Shown piece by piece: positions 8,561 to 17,021 of a stretch of 35,278 nt of DNA; position 1 is the stretch's first letter; every line of letters starts with the position of its first letter. The stretch is from Candidatus Hermodarchaeota archaeon (lineage in GTDB: Archaea; Asgardarchaeota; Hermodarchaeia; Hermodarchaeales; Hermodarchaeaceae), in NCBI GenBank assembly GCA_016839805.1, contig JAEOTO010000021.1, forward strand, positions 1 to 35,278, written 5' to 3'. Position numbers and translations under genes: made by a program. A model generated the notes under the pieces. The model was not told the DNA's origin. It was given only the letters and a program-made list of their open reading frames with translations, and did not search any database.

Positions 8561-9448
8561 CTAAATCTGTGTACCATATTGGGGATCTTTTCTTCGAGCC
8601 TTATACTCTGTAATCAAACGCTGCGTCACCGGACCAGGCGTTTGATCTCCAACTGATTGTCCATTGATACTCCGCACCGGTGTAATTTCTCCCATAGTAC
8701 CACAAAGAAACACCTCATCAGCCATCAGTAACTGAAAAAGCGTCATATCTCGCTCATGAACCGGAAACCCAAGTTCTCGCGCCAAATCAAGGACAAATCG
8801 CCGAGTTATGCTATCCAAAATACTCGCTGTCAACGGGGGCGCATGCAACTCGCCATTCCACACTGCAACTAAGGTAGTACCTGTCGCCTCTGCGACAAAA
8901 CCCCGGTGGTCTAACATAATCGCGTCATCCGCACCCTGCCGATTCGCCTCTAACGTGGCGAGTATACTATTCAAGTAATTCAATGACTTGATTTCATGAC
9001 TTGCTGAATCAGGGGTCTGACGACGAGTACTCGCAATAATAGTCGATATACCCTGACTCTTCGACCCATGCCCATGCATCGGCTCCACCTGGATGTTAAT
9101 GATAACCACCGATGCCTTGGGACATTTTTTCGGGTTCACACCTAAATCCCCCTTCCCCCGAGTCACGAGTAACCGGATATACGAATCCGTATACCCATTC
9201 CGACGAAGCGTCTCCAACAACGCTGCCTTCAACGCCTCCTTCTCCAAGGGAATATTCAACTCGATGGCCCTAGCACTCCGATACAATCGGTCTAAGTGAG
9301 CATCCAACTTGAACACAACGCCATTATAGACACGAATACCCTCAAAGATGCCATCGCCATAGAGGAGCCCATGATCAAAAACTGAAACCTTAGCCTCCTC
9401 TCTGGGTACAAATTCACCATCAACGTAAACAACTGGATCCTTTACCAT
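8561..9448 (-). CDS. ilvE: Branched-chain amino acid aminotransferase (PLP class IV)
   Basis: VSVFDHGLLYGDGIFEGIRVY, HLDRLYRSA, IKSLNYLNSI, EVFLCGT. True start is ATG 9448 (MVKDPVVYVDG). Confidence 0.95.
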   Translation of the reverse strand: MVKDPVVYVDGEFVPREEAKVSVFDHGLLYGDGIFEGIRVYNGVVFKLDAHLDRLYRSARAIELNIPLEKEALKAALLETLRRNGYTDSYIRLLVTRGKGDLGVNPKKCPKASVVIINIQVEPMHGHGSKSQGISTIIASTRRQTPDSASHEIKSLNYLNSILATLEANRQGADDAIMLDHRGFVAEATGTTLVAVWNGELHAPPLTASILDSITRRFVLDLARELGFPVHERDMTLFQLLMADEVFLCGTMGEITPVRSINGQSVGDQTPGPVTQRLITEYKARRKDPQYGTQI

Positions 9449-9579
9449 TGGAATCCACCAATTATATATAAAGAAGCACGAGAACCCACCAAAATCAAAT
9501 AGGAAAATTTGTGTAACCACCATTACTTTTTAAGGTGATGACGAAAAGTGGCTAGAATCAGTATGAAAAGTAGTAGAAA

Positions 9580-9601
9580 ATGGGCAGAACGAAATGCCCA
9601 T
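9580..9601. promoter_or_regulatory. Inverted repeat (candidate Lrp operator) in ilvE/lrp divergent region
   Basis: ATGGGCA-N8-TGCCCAT, a perfect 7-bp IR between a TATA-like TTTTAAGG (~9528) and the lrp start. Confidence 0.35.
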
Positions 9602-9624
9602 AAAAATGTTATGGAAGTGACAAT

Positions 9625-10095
9625 ATGATGCAATTCCGGATTAATGAAACCGATCGACGAATTCTTCGTCACCTCGTACTTAATGCCCGACAACCCGTTG
9701 CCAACCTAGCACGAACCCTTGGGCTGTCTGAATCAGCCGTCCGACGCCGCATCGACAATCTAGTCAAATCCGGGGTCATCCAACGGTTCACCGTCGCCAT
9801 CGACTACGAGAAGGCTGATAATCCCATTACAGTCTTGGTAGGTGTTAATGTGGGGAGGAGGCGTGGACCAGAGATCGCCAAGTCTCTCAGGAATATCGAA
9901 AATATCGTCGAAATCTATACCGTGACTGGTGAATACGACCTCATCATCAAAATCATCTGCCCGGATATCAACGGCTTTGAAGAAATTATCGAGCAGATCC
10001 GCAAGCAAGACTTTATCGAAAAAACCCGATCCTTCGTGGTTCTGAACAAAATCCGTGAAGGACACTATGATGACATCATCAAAGTGTCAGAATAA
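9625..10095 (+). CDS. Lrp/AsnC family transcriptional regulator
   Basis: HTH DRRILRHLVLNARQPVANLARTLGLSESAVRRRIDNL and RAM domain VTGEYDL. Divergent from ilvE. Confidence 0.95.
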   Translation: MMQFRINETDRRILRHLVLNARQPVANLARTLGLSESAVRRRIDNLVKSGVIQRFTVAIDYEKADNPITVLVGVNVGRRRGPEIAKSLRNIENIVEIYTVTGEYDLIIKIICPDINGFEEIIEQIRKQDFIEKTRSFVVLNKIREGHYDDIIKVSE

Positions 10096-10120
10096 ATCAC
10101 CACAAGGCAAGAAAGGCTCA

Positions 10121-10987
10121 CTAACCTTCAATGACTTGAATGTCTTCATCACTAGTAGCGCCGAATCCGATTTCTTTGGCTCGTGCTATTTGACCTAACT
10201 CCCAGACAGGTTGATCGAGTTTGTTCTTGGCGTTATAACTTTGTAGAACCCGAACGCCTTCAACATCAATTGCGACCATATCATGACTAGCTAAGATGAG
10301 ATTTGGTGTCTCAAGTTGTCCGGATGCAGGTCCTTTCGTAACGAAGACTTTCCGAGCATCCATGATAACCAATGCTGGGTGAAAATAGGAGGCGAGATCA
10401 GCGATTTTGTATTCGAGTTTCCGCATATGCATTTTGAGACGATCTTGGCGTTTCAACAAGCCCATCATAACCTTCATGCTCGCGGTGAATTTTGCCAGAA
10501 AATGGGTTTTCAAACAAGGCGCAATGACAAGTTTCCCAAGATTCAATGCGGGTTCACCGATATGTCCACTCTTCAAGTATTTCCCTAGTGGGAATGATTG
10601 TTTGATCCAGGGGTGTTCGTCAAGAGAGATGAAATCAGCGTTGAGGTCCATTGCCACATCACAGAGTCCAATCTCTTCGCCGACATCTCTTGTGCAGACG
10701 CGCTGGGTGGAGGCGTCCATAATTTGGAGTTTCCCAGCCCCTGCGTCGAGCAGGACTTCACCAAGGGCTTGAATGAAATCAGCGTCACTGGAAGCCGGAT
10801 AGGGGTCAGCAGTGTTCATATTCGGTTTAATAGTGACCAGATCGCCTGGCTGAATTAGTTGGCGAAAACCGCTAATAAGCTCGACGGCTTGCTCAATGTC
10901 AGCTCTGAGATTGGCACTAGCCTGAACGCGGCTCACTAAAAACGGCGGGTTTTTCTGCAAAGATTTGGTTGAACTTTGACTCGCCAT
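10121..10987 (-). CDS. DUF362 domain-containing protein
   Basis: VTIKPNM, PCLKTH, TASMKVMMG, IMDA...GP..G, ASHDMVAIDV. Start is ATG 10987 or GTG 10996. Confidence 0.85.
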   Translation of the reverse strand: MASQSSTKSLQKNPPFLVSRVQASANLRADIEQAVELISGFRQLIQPGDLVTIKPNMNTADPYPASSDADFIQALGEVLLDAGAGKLQIMDASTQRVCTRDVGEEIGLCDVAMDLNADFISLDEHPWIKQSFPLGKYLKSGHIGEPALNLGKLVIAPCLKTHFLAKFTASMKVMMGLLKRQDRLKMHMRKLEYKIADLASYFHPALVIMDARKVFVTKGPASGQLETPNLILASHDMVAIDVEGVRVLQSYNAKNKLDQPVWELGQIARAKEIGFGATSDEDIQVIEG

Positions 10988-11126
10988 ACTATTCACAGGT
11001 TTTCTAGGGGAGATCTAACCGTAATTAAATTCGTTGCCTTTACCAAAGTGGTTAGGATAGTGGAAGTTTATATTCCTGCATTGACTAGAATTTCTTGAGC
11101 CAGGTCGTTTCGGGCTCGATATCATT

Positions 11127-11333
11127 ATGGTTAGATGTAATCGCTGTCAAGAAGAAATCATTGGTAAGGAACACCATTCAGTGATTTATACAGGCCTCTG
11201 GATTCCAGTCTCATATTGTAAATCTTGTTATAGAGAGATACAATCTCAATGTGAAAGTGTTGGTTCGATCCTCACTTTTTTCATTTTCACTATCGCTATT
11301 TTCGTGGTGTTCGGGATTCTTGTAAGTAGATAA
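11127..11333 (+). CDS. Small Zn-finger membrane protein (CxxC...CxxC plus C-terminal TM helix)
   Basis: CNRC and CKSC followed by hydrophobic ILTFFIFTIAIFVVFGILV. Confidence 0.65.
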   Translation: MVRCNRCQEEIIGKEHHSVIYTGLWIPVSYCKSCYREIQSQCESVGSILTFFIFTIAIFVVFGILVSR

Positions 11334-11336
11334 TAG

Positions 11337-12185
11337 CTAGGGTAAGAAGTCAATGGTGTCGATTTCCATCTTGCCCCAGTCCACCGTCCGTTCCAAGCTT
11401 GCGCGAATGATATCGATTGCCTTTGTTCGGTCATTCGGATTTATCGCTGTTAATCCATAACATTTGACGCCTAGAAGGCGTTGGACCAGATGTGGCTGCA
11501 ATGCGCCCCGGAGATCTTGTTTATTGGCGATAGCCACAATTTCGCCACTGACGCCTTGCTGTTGTAAAAAGGAAATGATGTCCTTGGTTTGTAAAACGTT
11601 CTCGAGGGTTGAATCTGTAACTAAAAAGACGATTCGGCTTCGAGAGAAGAGTGCTTTCCACAGCTTTCGGAATCGTTCTTGCCCAGCAAAATCCCAGGTC
11701 ACAATTTCATAGGTTCCGATGCGTGCCCCTTCGATTTTTTGGATGTCAATGCCAATGGTTGGAATGTAGGATTGAGGAGGTTCCCCACCATTCAGGAGCT
11801 GAACAATGGTGGTTTTGCCCACACCACCATAGCCCAGAATGCTGACCTTTAATTTAGTGGTGACGTATTTGTCAACTTTCCTCATGAAGTCTTCATATTC
11901 TTCGTCGTAACTGATGACTCGCCGGAATTCTTCGGTGACCTTTTCAAGTTTTTCCATTAATGCGCCTTCCTCATCAACGTATTCAGCGCATAAGACTACA
12001 ATACCCCGACCAAGTGGCTGACCGACGTATTTGGTTTCACCAATTTGTTCGAATAGGAGGCTCTGTGCGTCTTTAACCCGTGAAGCAAAATTCTGGACTT
12101 CAATTGTGTTAACGTCAATGATCCAAAACTTCTTCTGTACAACAATCTCGTCGCGAGCATCAATAATGAAGACGTGATGGATCAA
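11337..12185 (-). CDS. Arf/Rab-like small GTPase with N-terminal longin-like domain
   Basis: G1 GYGGVGKTT, G2 PTIG, G3 WDFAGQERF, G4 NKQD, G5 TA. N-terminal ~110 aa MIHHVFIIDARDEIVVQKKF is longin-like. GAGGTG SD before TTG. Confidence 0.85.
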   Translation of the reverse strand: MIHHVFIIDARDEIVVQKKFWIIDVNTIEVQNFASRVKDAQSLLFEQIGETKYVGQPLGRGIVVLCAEYVDEEGALMEKLEKVTEEFRRVISYDEEYEDFMRKVDKYVTTKLKVSILGYGGVGKTTIVQLLNGGEPPQSYIPTIGIDIQKIEGARIGTYEIVTWDFAGQERFRKLWKALFSRSRIVFLVTDSTLENVLQTKDIISFLQQQGVSGEIVAIANKQDLRGALQPHLVQRLLGVKCYGLTAINPNDRTKAIDIIRASLERTVDWGKMEIDTIDFLP

Positions 12186-12247
12186 TCTAATAACACCTCA
12201 GCATGAAATCGACTTAGTATTTTATTATAAAACTATTAGTTAGTCTC

Positions 12248-12271
12248 CTTAAGAAAACTTTAGTTCTTAAG
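12248..12271. promoter_or_regulatory. Inverted repeat upstream of GTPase gene promoter
   Basis: CTTAAGAA-N8-TTCTTAAG, a perfect 8-bp IR just upstream of the minus-strand TTTTATAA box (~12224-12231). Confidence 0.35.
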
Positions 12272-12326
12272 AGGAAATGAGTCTTTTGTTAGTATTTTCT
12301 CATGGATTCTGCGAGTTTAGCCGTCT

Positions 12327-13847
12327 TTACACATTGAATATCTGATTGTACTTGGTCTCCAGGTATTTCGTGAAGGGTTGCGCGTTTAATCCTTCACCAG
12401 TGATGCGTTGGATGAGATCCTCGGGGTCGTATAAGTTTGCTTTTCTGTGAACCTGGTCTACCATCCATTGTTTGATCGTTCCAAACTTACCTGATTCAAT
12501 TTGATCTAACCAATCTGGTATGTCTTTTTCCATCACATTGATTAATTGTCCACTGTAAATATTTCCGAGTGCATAGCTGGGGAAGTAACCGTGATACCCT
12601 GACGCCCAATGCGTATCTTGTAAGACACCTTCCGAATCGTTTTTGATATTAACTCCCAGGTATTTTTCGTATTTTTCGTTCCACACACTGGGGAGGTCTG
12701 AGATGCTGATTTTATCTGCGAATAAGTCTCGCTCAATTTCAAAACGGATAATTACATGTAACGAATAGGTGACCTCATCAGCTTCTATTCGGATTTTAGT
12801 GCGTTCAACTCTATTTACTCCTTGAGCGAATTGGTCAACGCTAATGTCTTTGAAGGTGTTGTTTGTTAATTTGTTTAGAATGGGGAGAAAGTGATTAATG
12901 AATTCTGGAGATCGACCTACTATGTTTTCGACGAATCGTGATTGTGATTCATGAATTCCATAACTGGCTGCATCACCCCATGGTTGAAATTTGGCGTCGG
13001 AATGAAAGTTTTGTTCATAGAGAGCGTGTCCGCCTTCATGAAGAACCGAATAGATTGAGGATGTAAAATTATCTTCATAGTAATGGGTGGTGATACGCAC
13101 ATCATCGAAATATCCAGCGGTGAACGGGTGTTCGGTTTCATCAATACGACCTCCAGCGTGCTTCGATGTAGTGTCATATTGAATAAACTCCGTGAGTGCC
13201 GTACCAATTTTTCGTTGGGTTTCAATTGGCACTTTTCGTGTGAGGAACGTGAAATCCTTTCCTTTCATCGCTGCTGTATATTTATTCACAAGGGGAATGA
13301 GGCTGTTGCGAAGATCGGTAAAAACTTTTGAAATAGTCTCCTGGGTCATTTTGGGTTCGAATAAGTCGATAAGTGCATCATAGATGGTGGGGGTTTTTCG
13401 GACCTCCATGAGGATTTCTCCCCGTTGTCTGACTAGATCCACCATTTTCGATAGTTCAGGTTCGAAGAGTTTCCAATCGCTTTTTGCTTTAGCCTGCTTC
13501 CAGACATTCACAGCCAGCGTAGCCTGTTTGGCTAGCGCTGCAACGAGTTCCTCCGGAAGTTTTGTCATTGCATCATATTCACGGCGAAAGAGGTAGATGT
13601 TTCGTTGCTGCACTTCATCTAGTTTGTTTAAGACGGATTTGCTTTCAGCCTTGTCTAACAGTGTACCAATTGCGGGGTTTGTTGCCATGCGATGTTGTAA
13701 TTGGCCTAAAAGCGCCATCTGTTCTCCTCTTTGGGGGAATGCCATGGGAGGAATGTAAGTTTCCGTATCCCAGGCCATAATCGTCATAATCGATTGTGTT
13801 AATGCGATTTCCCGGTATTTTGCTATAAGCTCGTCATAGACCGCCAT
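12327..13847 (-). CDS. Carboxypeptidase, peptidase family M32 (carboxypeptidase Taq/Pfu)
   Basis: HPF, DVRITT, HEGGH, HESQ, IRIEADE, QDTHW and YFPSYALGN motifs. Confidence 0.96.
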   Translation of the reverse strand: MAVYDELIAKYREIALTQSIMTIMAWDTETYIPPMAFPQRGEQMALLGQLQHRMATNPAIGTLLDKAESKSVLNKLDEVQQRNIYLFRREYDAMTKLPEELVAALAKQATLAVNVWKQAKAKSDWKLFEPELSKMVDLVRQRGEILMEVRKTPTIYDALIDLFEPKMTQETISKVFTDLRNSLIPLVNKYTAAMKGKDFTFLTRKVPIETQRKIGTALTEFIQYDTTSKHAGGRIDETEHPFTAGYFDDVRITTHYYEDNFTSSIYSVLHEGGHALYEQNFHSDAKFQPWGDAASYGIHESQSRFVENIVGRSPEFINHFLPILNKLTNNTFKDISVDQFAQGVNRVERTKIRIEADEVTYSLHVIIRFEIERDLFADKISISDLPSVWNEKYEKYLGVNIKNDSEGVLQDTHWASGYHGYFPSYALGNIYSGQLINVMEKDIPDWLDQIESGKFGTIKQWMVDQVHRKANLYDPEDLIQRITGEGLNAQPFTKYLETKYNQIFNV

Positions 13848-13869
13848 AATCGTGTGTTGGGTTCGCTTG

Positions 13870-13877
13870 CTTTAAAA
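13870..13877 (-). promoter_or_regulatory. TATA box of M32 carboxypeptidase gene (probably leaderless mRNA)
   Basis: TTTTAAAG on the minus strand at -30..-23 from ATG 13847, with no SD motif. Confidence 0.45.
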
Positions 13878-13940
13878 GAAAGACGGATAGTGGAAAATAT
13901 CACTTCATTCAAGCTAAGATTGTGTTTTCTAACACAACGA

Positions 13941-14146
13941 TAAGACTCAGCTCTTTATGGCAGTGATGAACCGTGGAGTTTAAATTAGTTTTTAAGACTT
14001 CCTTGTTGAGGTCCTGGTCGGTGACCAAGAACCAAGGTCCTTGACTGGGTAACATCGCCGGAACGGCGAGTAGAGCCTGTGGACTAGTCGACAAAGGTCG
14101 ATGGGATGAAGCAGGAAGCCCTATCCTTCGGGTCGGGGTAGTTCAC
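13941..14146 (+). mobile_element. Possible non-autonomous IS605-family derivative (PATE/MITE-like); left boundary uncertain
   Basis: Clear right end ...GGGGTAGTTCAC. Only a degenerate left-end-like motif (TAAGACTCAGCTCTTTATGGCAGTGATGAA, 13941-13970). Confidence 0.4.
14005..14146 (+). ncRNA. Orphan TnpB omega-RNA (reRNA)-like scaffold / IS200-IS605 right end
   Basis: TCGCCG-GAA-CGGCGA hairpin (14055-14069); CCTGT(14076-80)/GCAGG(14111-15) stem enclosing TCGAC-AAAG-GTCGA; GAAGCCC...TTCG...GGGT terminal hairpin; TGAA(14107-10)/TTCA(14142-45) pseudoknot; ends in GTAGTTCAC. No tnpB ORF upstream. Confidence 0.7.
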
Positions 14147-14222
14147 CCGTACAACCACTGCCTTTAAGGCGTCTGTAGGATGCATAGATAGTCTCAATCA
14201 AATGATTGGGGTGAGACGCCTT

Positions 14223-15320
14223 ATGGGCGATGTTTCACACTTATTGAAATCACATATTCAAGAAGGCAAACCCTACAATCCGACAGCCATCCTTAGACTC
14301 TTGTATCAAGAACGTCCTGAATACGCCAGGTTAATGGGAAACGAATTACCCTATGGTATCTCTCCACAAGCCCGACAAGCAATCATCGATGAAATAGACA
14401 ACGCTCATCTTTATCCTGATTCCTCTTATTACGAACTCAAACAAGCTTTGTCAACTTATACCGGATTTCCAGACACCCATATTGTTGTGGGTAATGGGTC
14501 TACGCAGTTTATTGACGCCTTATACTATGGCTTCCTTAATCCCGGAGATGCCGTACTCTTTGCTCCACCTGATTATGCTCCCTATCGAATTCGGCTTGAC
14601 ATTTACGGAGGTACTCCTCAGCTTGCGCCACGGTCACCGCCTGATTATGGTTGGTCGGTTGATCACCTAATCGAATCAGTTACCCCCGAAACAAAAGAAA
14701 TCGTCATTGTCAGTCCTAATAATCCAGTAGGTAACTGTATACCCGAATCAGAGTTACGGCGGCTACTAGAACTAGATCTACTCGTTGTTGTCGATGAAGC
14801 TTATTATGAATTTGCTGGAACTACGCACAAGCCACTCATCCACGAGTACTCTAACCTTATTATCACTCGGACTTTGGCTAAAGCTTTTGGATTTGCGGGG
14901 CTTAGATTAGGTTACGCGATTACTAATCCAGGGTTAGCCGCTTACCTCACCAAAGTGATGCACCACTTCCCCGTCAATCGCATCACAGCGAAAGCGGCAA
15001 TCGCGGCTCTAGAAGACACTGCTTATTTAGATTTTGTCATACGGGAGATCAAGAAGGGAAGAGAGTATCTCGAGGCTGCTCTCAATTCTCTTCCTAATGT
15101 CAAGGCTTACCCCTCCAACACGAATTTTGTCCTCACGAAATTTTCTGCTCCAGACGCTAGCTCATATGATATTACACAACAACTAATCAAAGCAGGTATC
15201 ATTGTGAGGGATTATACAGGAAAAACTGGGCTCGATGGCCAATTCGTTCGAATTACTGTCGGAACCCAGAAACAGAATGAAACATGTGTCGCTGCTATCA
15301 AACATGTTCTATCGCATTGA
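14223..15320 (+). CDS. hisC: Histidinol-phosphate aminotransferase family (PLP class I/II) protein
   Basis: GNELP, YPD, VVGNGS, SPNNPVG, VVDEAYYEF, RTLAKAFGFAGLRLGY, RITVGT. GGGGTGA SD before ATG 14223. Confidence 0.85.
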   Translation: MGDVSHLLKSHIQEGKPYNPTAILRLLYQERPEYARLMGNELPYGISPQARQAIIDEIDNAHLYPDSSYYELKQALSTYTGFPDTHIVVGNGSTQFIDALYYGFLNPGDAVLFAPPDYAPYRIRLDIYGGTPQLAPRSPPDYGWSVDHLIESVTPETKEIVIVSPNNPVGNCIPESELRRLLELDLLVVVDEAYYEFAGTTHKPLIHEYSNLIITRTLAKAFGFAGLRLGYAITNPGLAAYLTKVMHHFPVNRITAKAAIAALEDTAYLDFVIREIKKGREYLEAALNSLPNVKAYPSNTNFVLTKFSAPDASSYDITQQLIKAGIIVRDYTGKTGLDGQFVRITVGTQKQNETCVAAIKHVLSH

Positions 15321-15380
15321 ATGTCGTGTAGGCGTAAGCCTTTATCCAAGTTCCCTCCCTAATGATAAGGAGGGTTGTTA

Positions 15381-16913
15381 ATGTCAACAAAGTATATTTT
15401 GGCCTGTGATTTGGGAACCAGTGCCACAAAGGCTAGTATTGTGGACACACAGGGCAGTGTATTAGGGACGGTGCAACAAGCTTACCAGGTAGAGTATCCA
15501 CAGGAGCGTTGGGCTGAACAAGACCCACAAGTGTATTGGGACGCAATCAAGTCGACATCCCGAGAAGTCATTGCGAAAACGAAAATCAATCCTCGAAGTG
15601 TAATTGCCTTCACTGTCGATGCAATGATGGCTTCTGTTATTCCAGTAGATGCTCAGGGTCGTGCGCTGCGTAAAACGATTCTCTGGCACGACGTGCGCTC
15701 AGTCGATTATGTTACGCCCTTTATGAATCAATTCTCGTTCCCCGACATGATCTCAAAAAACATCATACCCGTAATGTCAGCTAAGGATCCTCTCGCGAAA
15801 ATTGCCTGGGTGAAAAACGAGGAGCCCCATATCTTCAAAAAAGCTACGAAGTTTGTCGATGTTAAAGATTGGATTCTTTTTCAGGCGGGTATCAAGGATT
15901 TCTATACGGATTGGAGTCATGCGTGTCTGTGGAACTACTTCCGAATAGACACTCATCAACCTGAACCCGAAATCATTGAAGAGGGACTAGGGCTGTCCAT
16001 GGATCATTTTTCAACCATTGTGAAAACCACTGAAGTTCTTGGTACGCTGTCCCCAGAATCTGCAAAGAGTGTGGGCTTGACCCCTGAGGTTCAGGTTGTA
16101 TGTGGCTGCGGAGATCTTGTCGCGGTTTCCGTTGGCTCTGGAGCTATCACGCCCGGGAAACCACATTTGTACATCGGGTCTTCAGGGTGGATCTCTCAAC
16201 ACCAGGAGACTCCTCAATTCGATTTATGCGGAGCCGGTACTATTGAGAGTGCAATTCCTGGGCGTCTACTACTCACAGGTCATATGGAGAGTGCAGGATC
16301 CTGTCTAGCTTGGCTGGTGGAAAATGTATGTACCTCGGAAGGTGAACAAGCTTCAGCTGTTAATAGGGATGTCTACGAGCTTGTCACTGAACAGGCCAAG
16401 GCGGTTCCTCCAGGCAGTCAGAATCTTCTCTATCTCCCTTGGCCCATTGGTGAGCGGTGCCCTTTCATCAACCCCTATGTTCGGAGTGCATTTTTGAATC
16501 TTAGTTTCGATCACAGTCGTCCGCATATGGTCCGCGCCGTCCTCGAAGGCGTTGCATATAATACACGTTGGGTGAAAGAAGCTCTGAGTAGTATGGGCCA
16601 CGAGGTGAATCAGCTGAATGTCTGTGGAGGTGGAGCTAAGAGTGATTTATGGCTTCAAATCTTTGCTGATGTCCTGAATGTTCCTTTGCGACGTGTTACC
16701 ACCTTGCAAGATGCAGGTACGGTCGGTGTAGCAATGGTTGCAGCCGTTGCCCTCGGTGAATTCAAATCCTTTGATGAACTTGAACGCTTATTCAAGTACG
16801 ACAAAGAAGTCAAACCAAACAAAAAACGAGTAGTGGTCTATGATAAACTCTACAAAGCCTTCCGTGATATATTCGACAACTTCAGTAGCGTTTGCTATCA
16901 ACTCAATGCATAA
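15381..16913 (+). CDS. FGGY-family carbohydrate kinase (xylulokinase-like)
   Basis: ACDLGTSATKA, WAEQDP, ILWHDVR, GCGD, GERCP, AVLEGVA, GGGAKS. AAGGAGG SD. Confidence 0.9.
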   Translation: MSTKYILACDLGTSATKASIVDTQGSVLGTVQQAYQVEYPQERWAEQDPQVYWDAIKSTSREVIAKTKINPRSVIAFTVDAMMASVIPVDAQGRALRKTILWHDVRSVDYVTPFMNQFSFPDMISKNIIPVMSAKDPLAKIAWVKNEEPHIFKKATKFVDVKDWILFQAGIKDFYTDWSHACLWNYFRIDTHQPEPEIIEEGLGLSMDHFSTIVKTTEVLGTLSPESAKSVGLTPEVQVVCGCGDLVAVSVGSGAITPGKPHLYIGSSGWISQHQETPQFDLCGAGTIESAIPGRLLLTGHMESAGSCLAWLVENVCTSEGEQASAVNRDVYELVTEQAKAVPPGSQNLLYLPWPIGERCPFINPYVRSAFLNLSFDHSRPHMVRAVLEGVAYNTRWVKEALSSMGHEVNQLNVCGGGAKSDLWLQIFADVLNVPLRRVTTLQDAGTVGVAMVAAVALGEFKSFDELERLFKYDKEVKPNKKRVVVYDKLYKAFRDIFDNFSSVCYQLNA

Positions 16914-17021
16914 TTAAAATCGTCTTTTAATTTCACTTGGTCATTTCAAAAGGATTGAATTTAATTCAACCAAGGAACTTTTAACCCAAAACCACTCCTT
17001 GAGTGGACGGGGCAATTTATT

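Noticed and set aside
13960-14050. GTGATGA as box C of a C/D sRNA, or a hammerhead ribozyme
   Set aside because: No CTGA box D at a suitable distance and no CTGATGA/GAAA hammerhead core.
13909-14094. 61-aa minus-strand ORF in the M32/hisC intergenic region
   Set aside because: No motif or SD, and antisense to the structured omega-RNA-like element; likely spurious.
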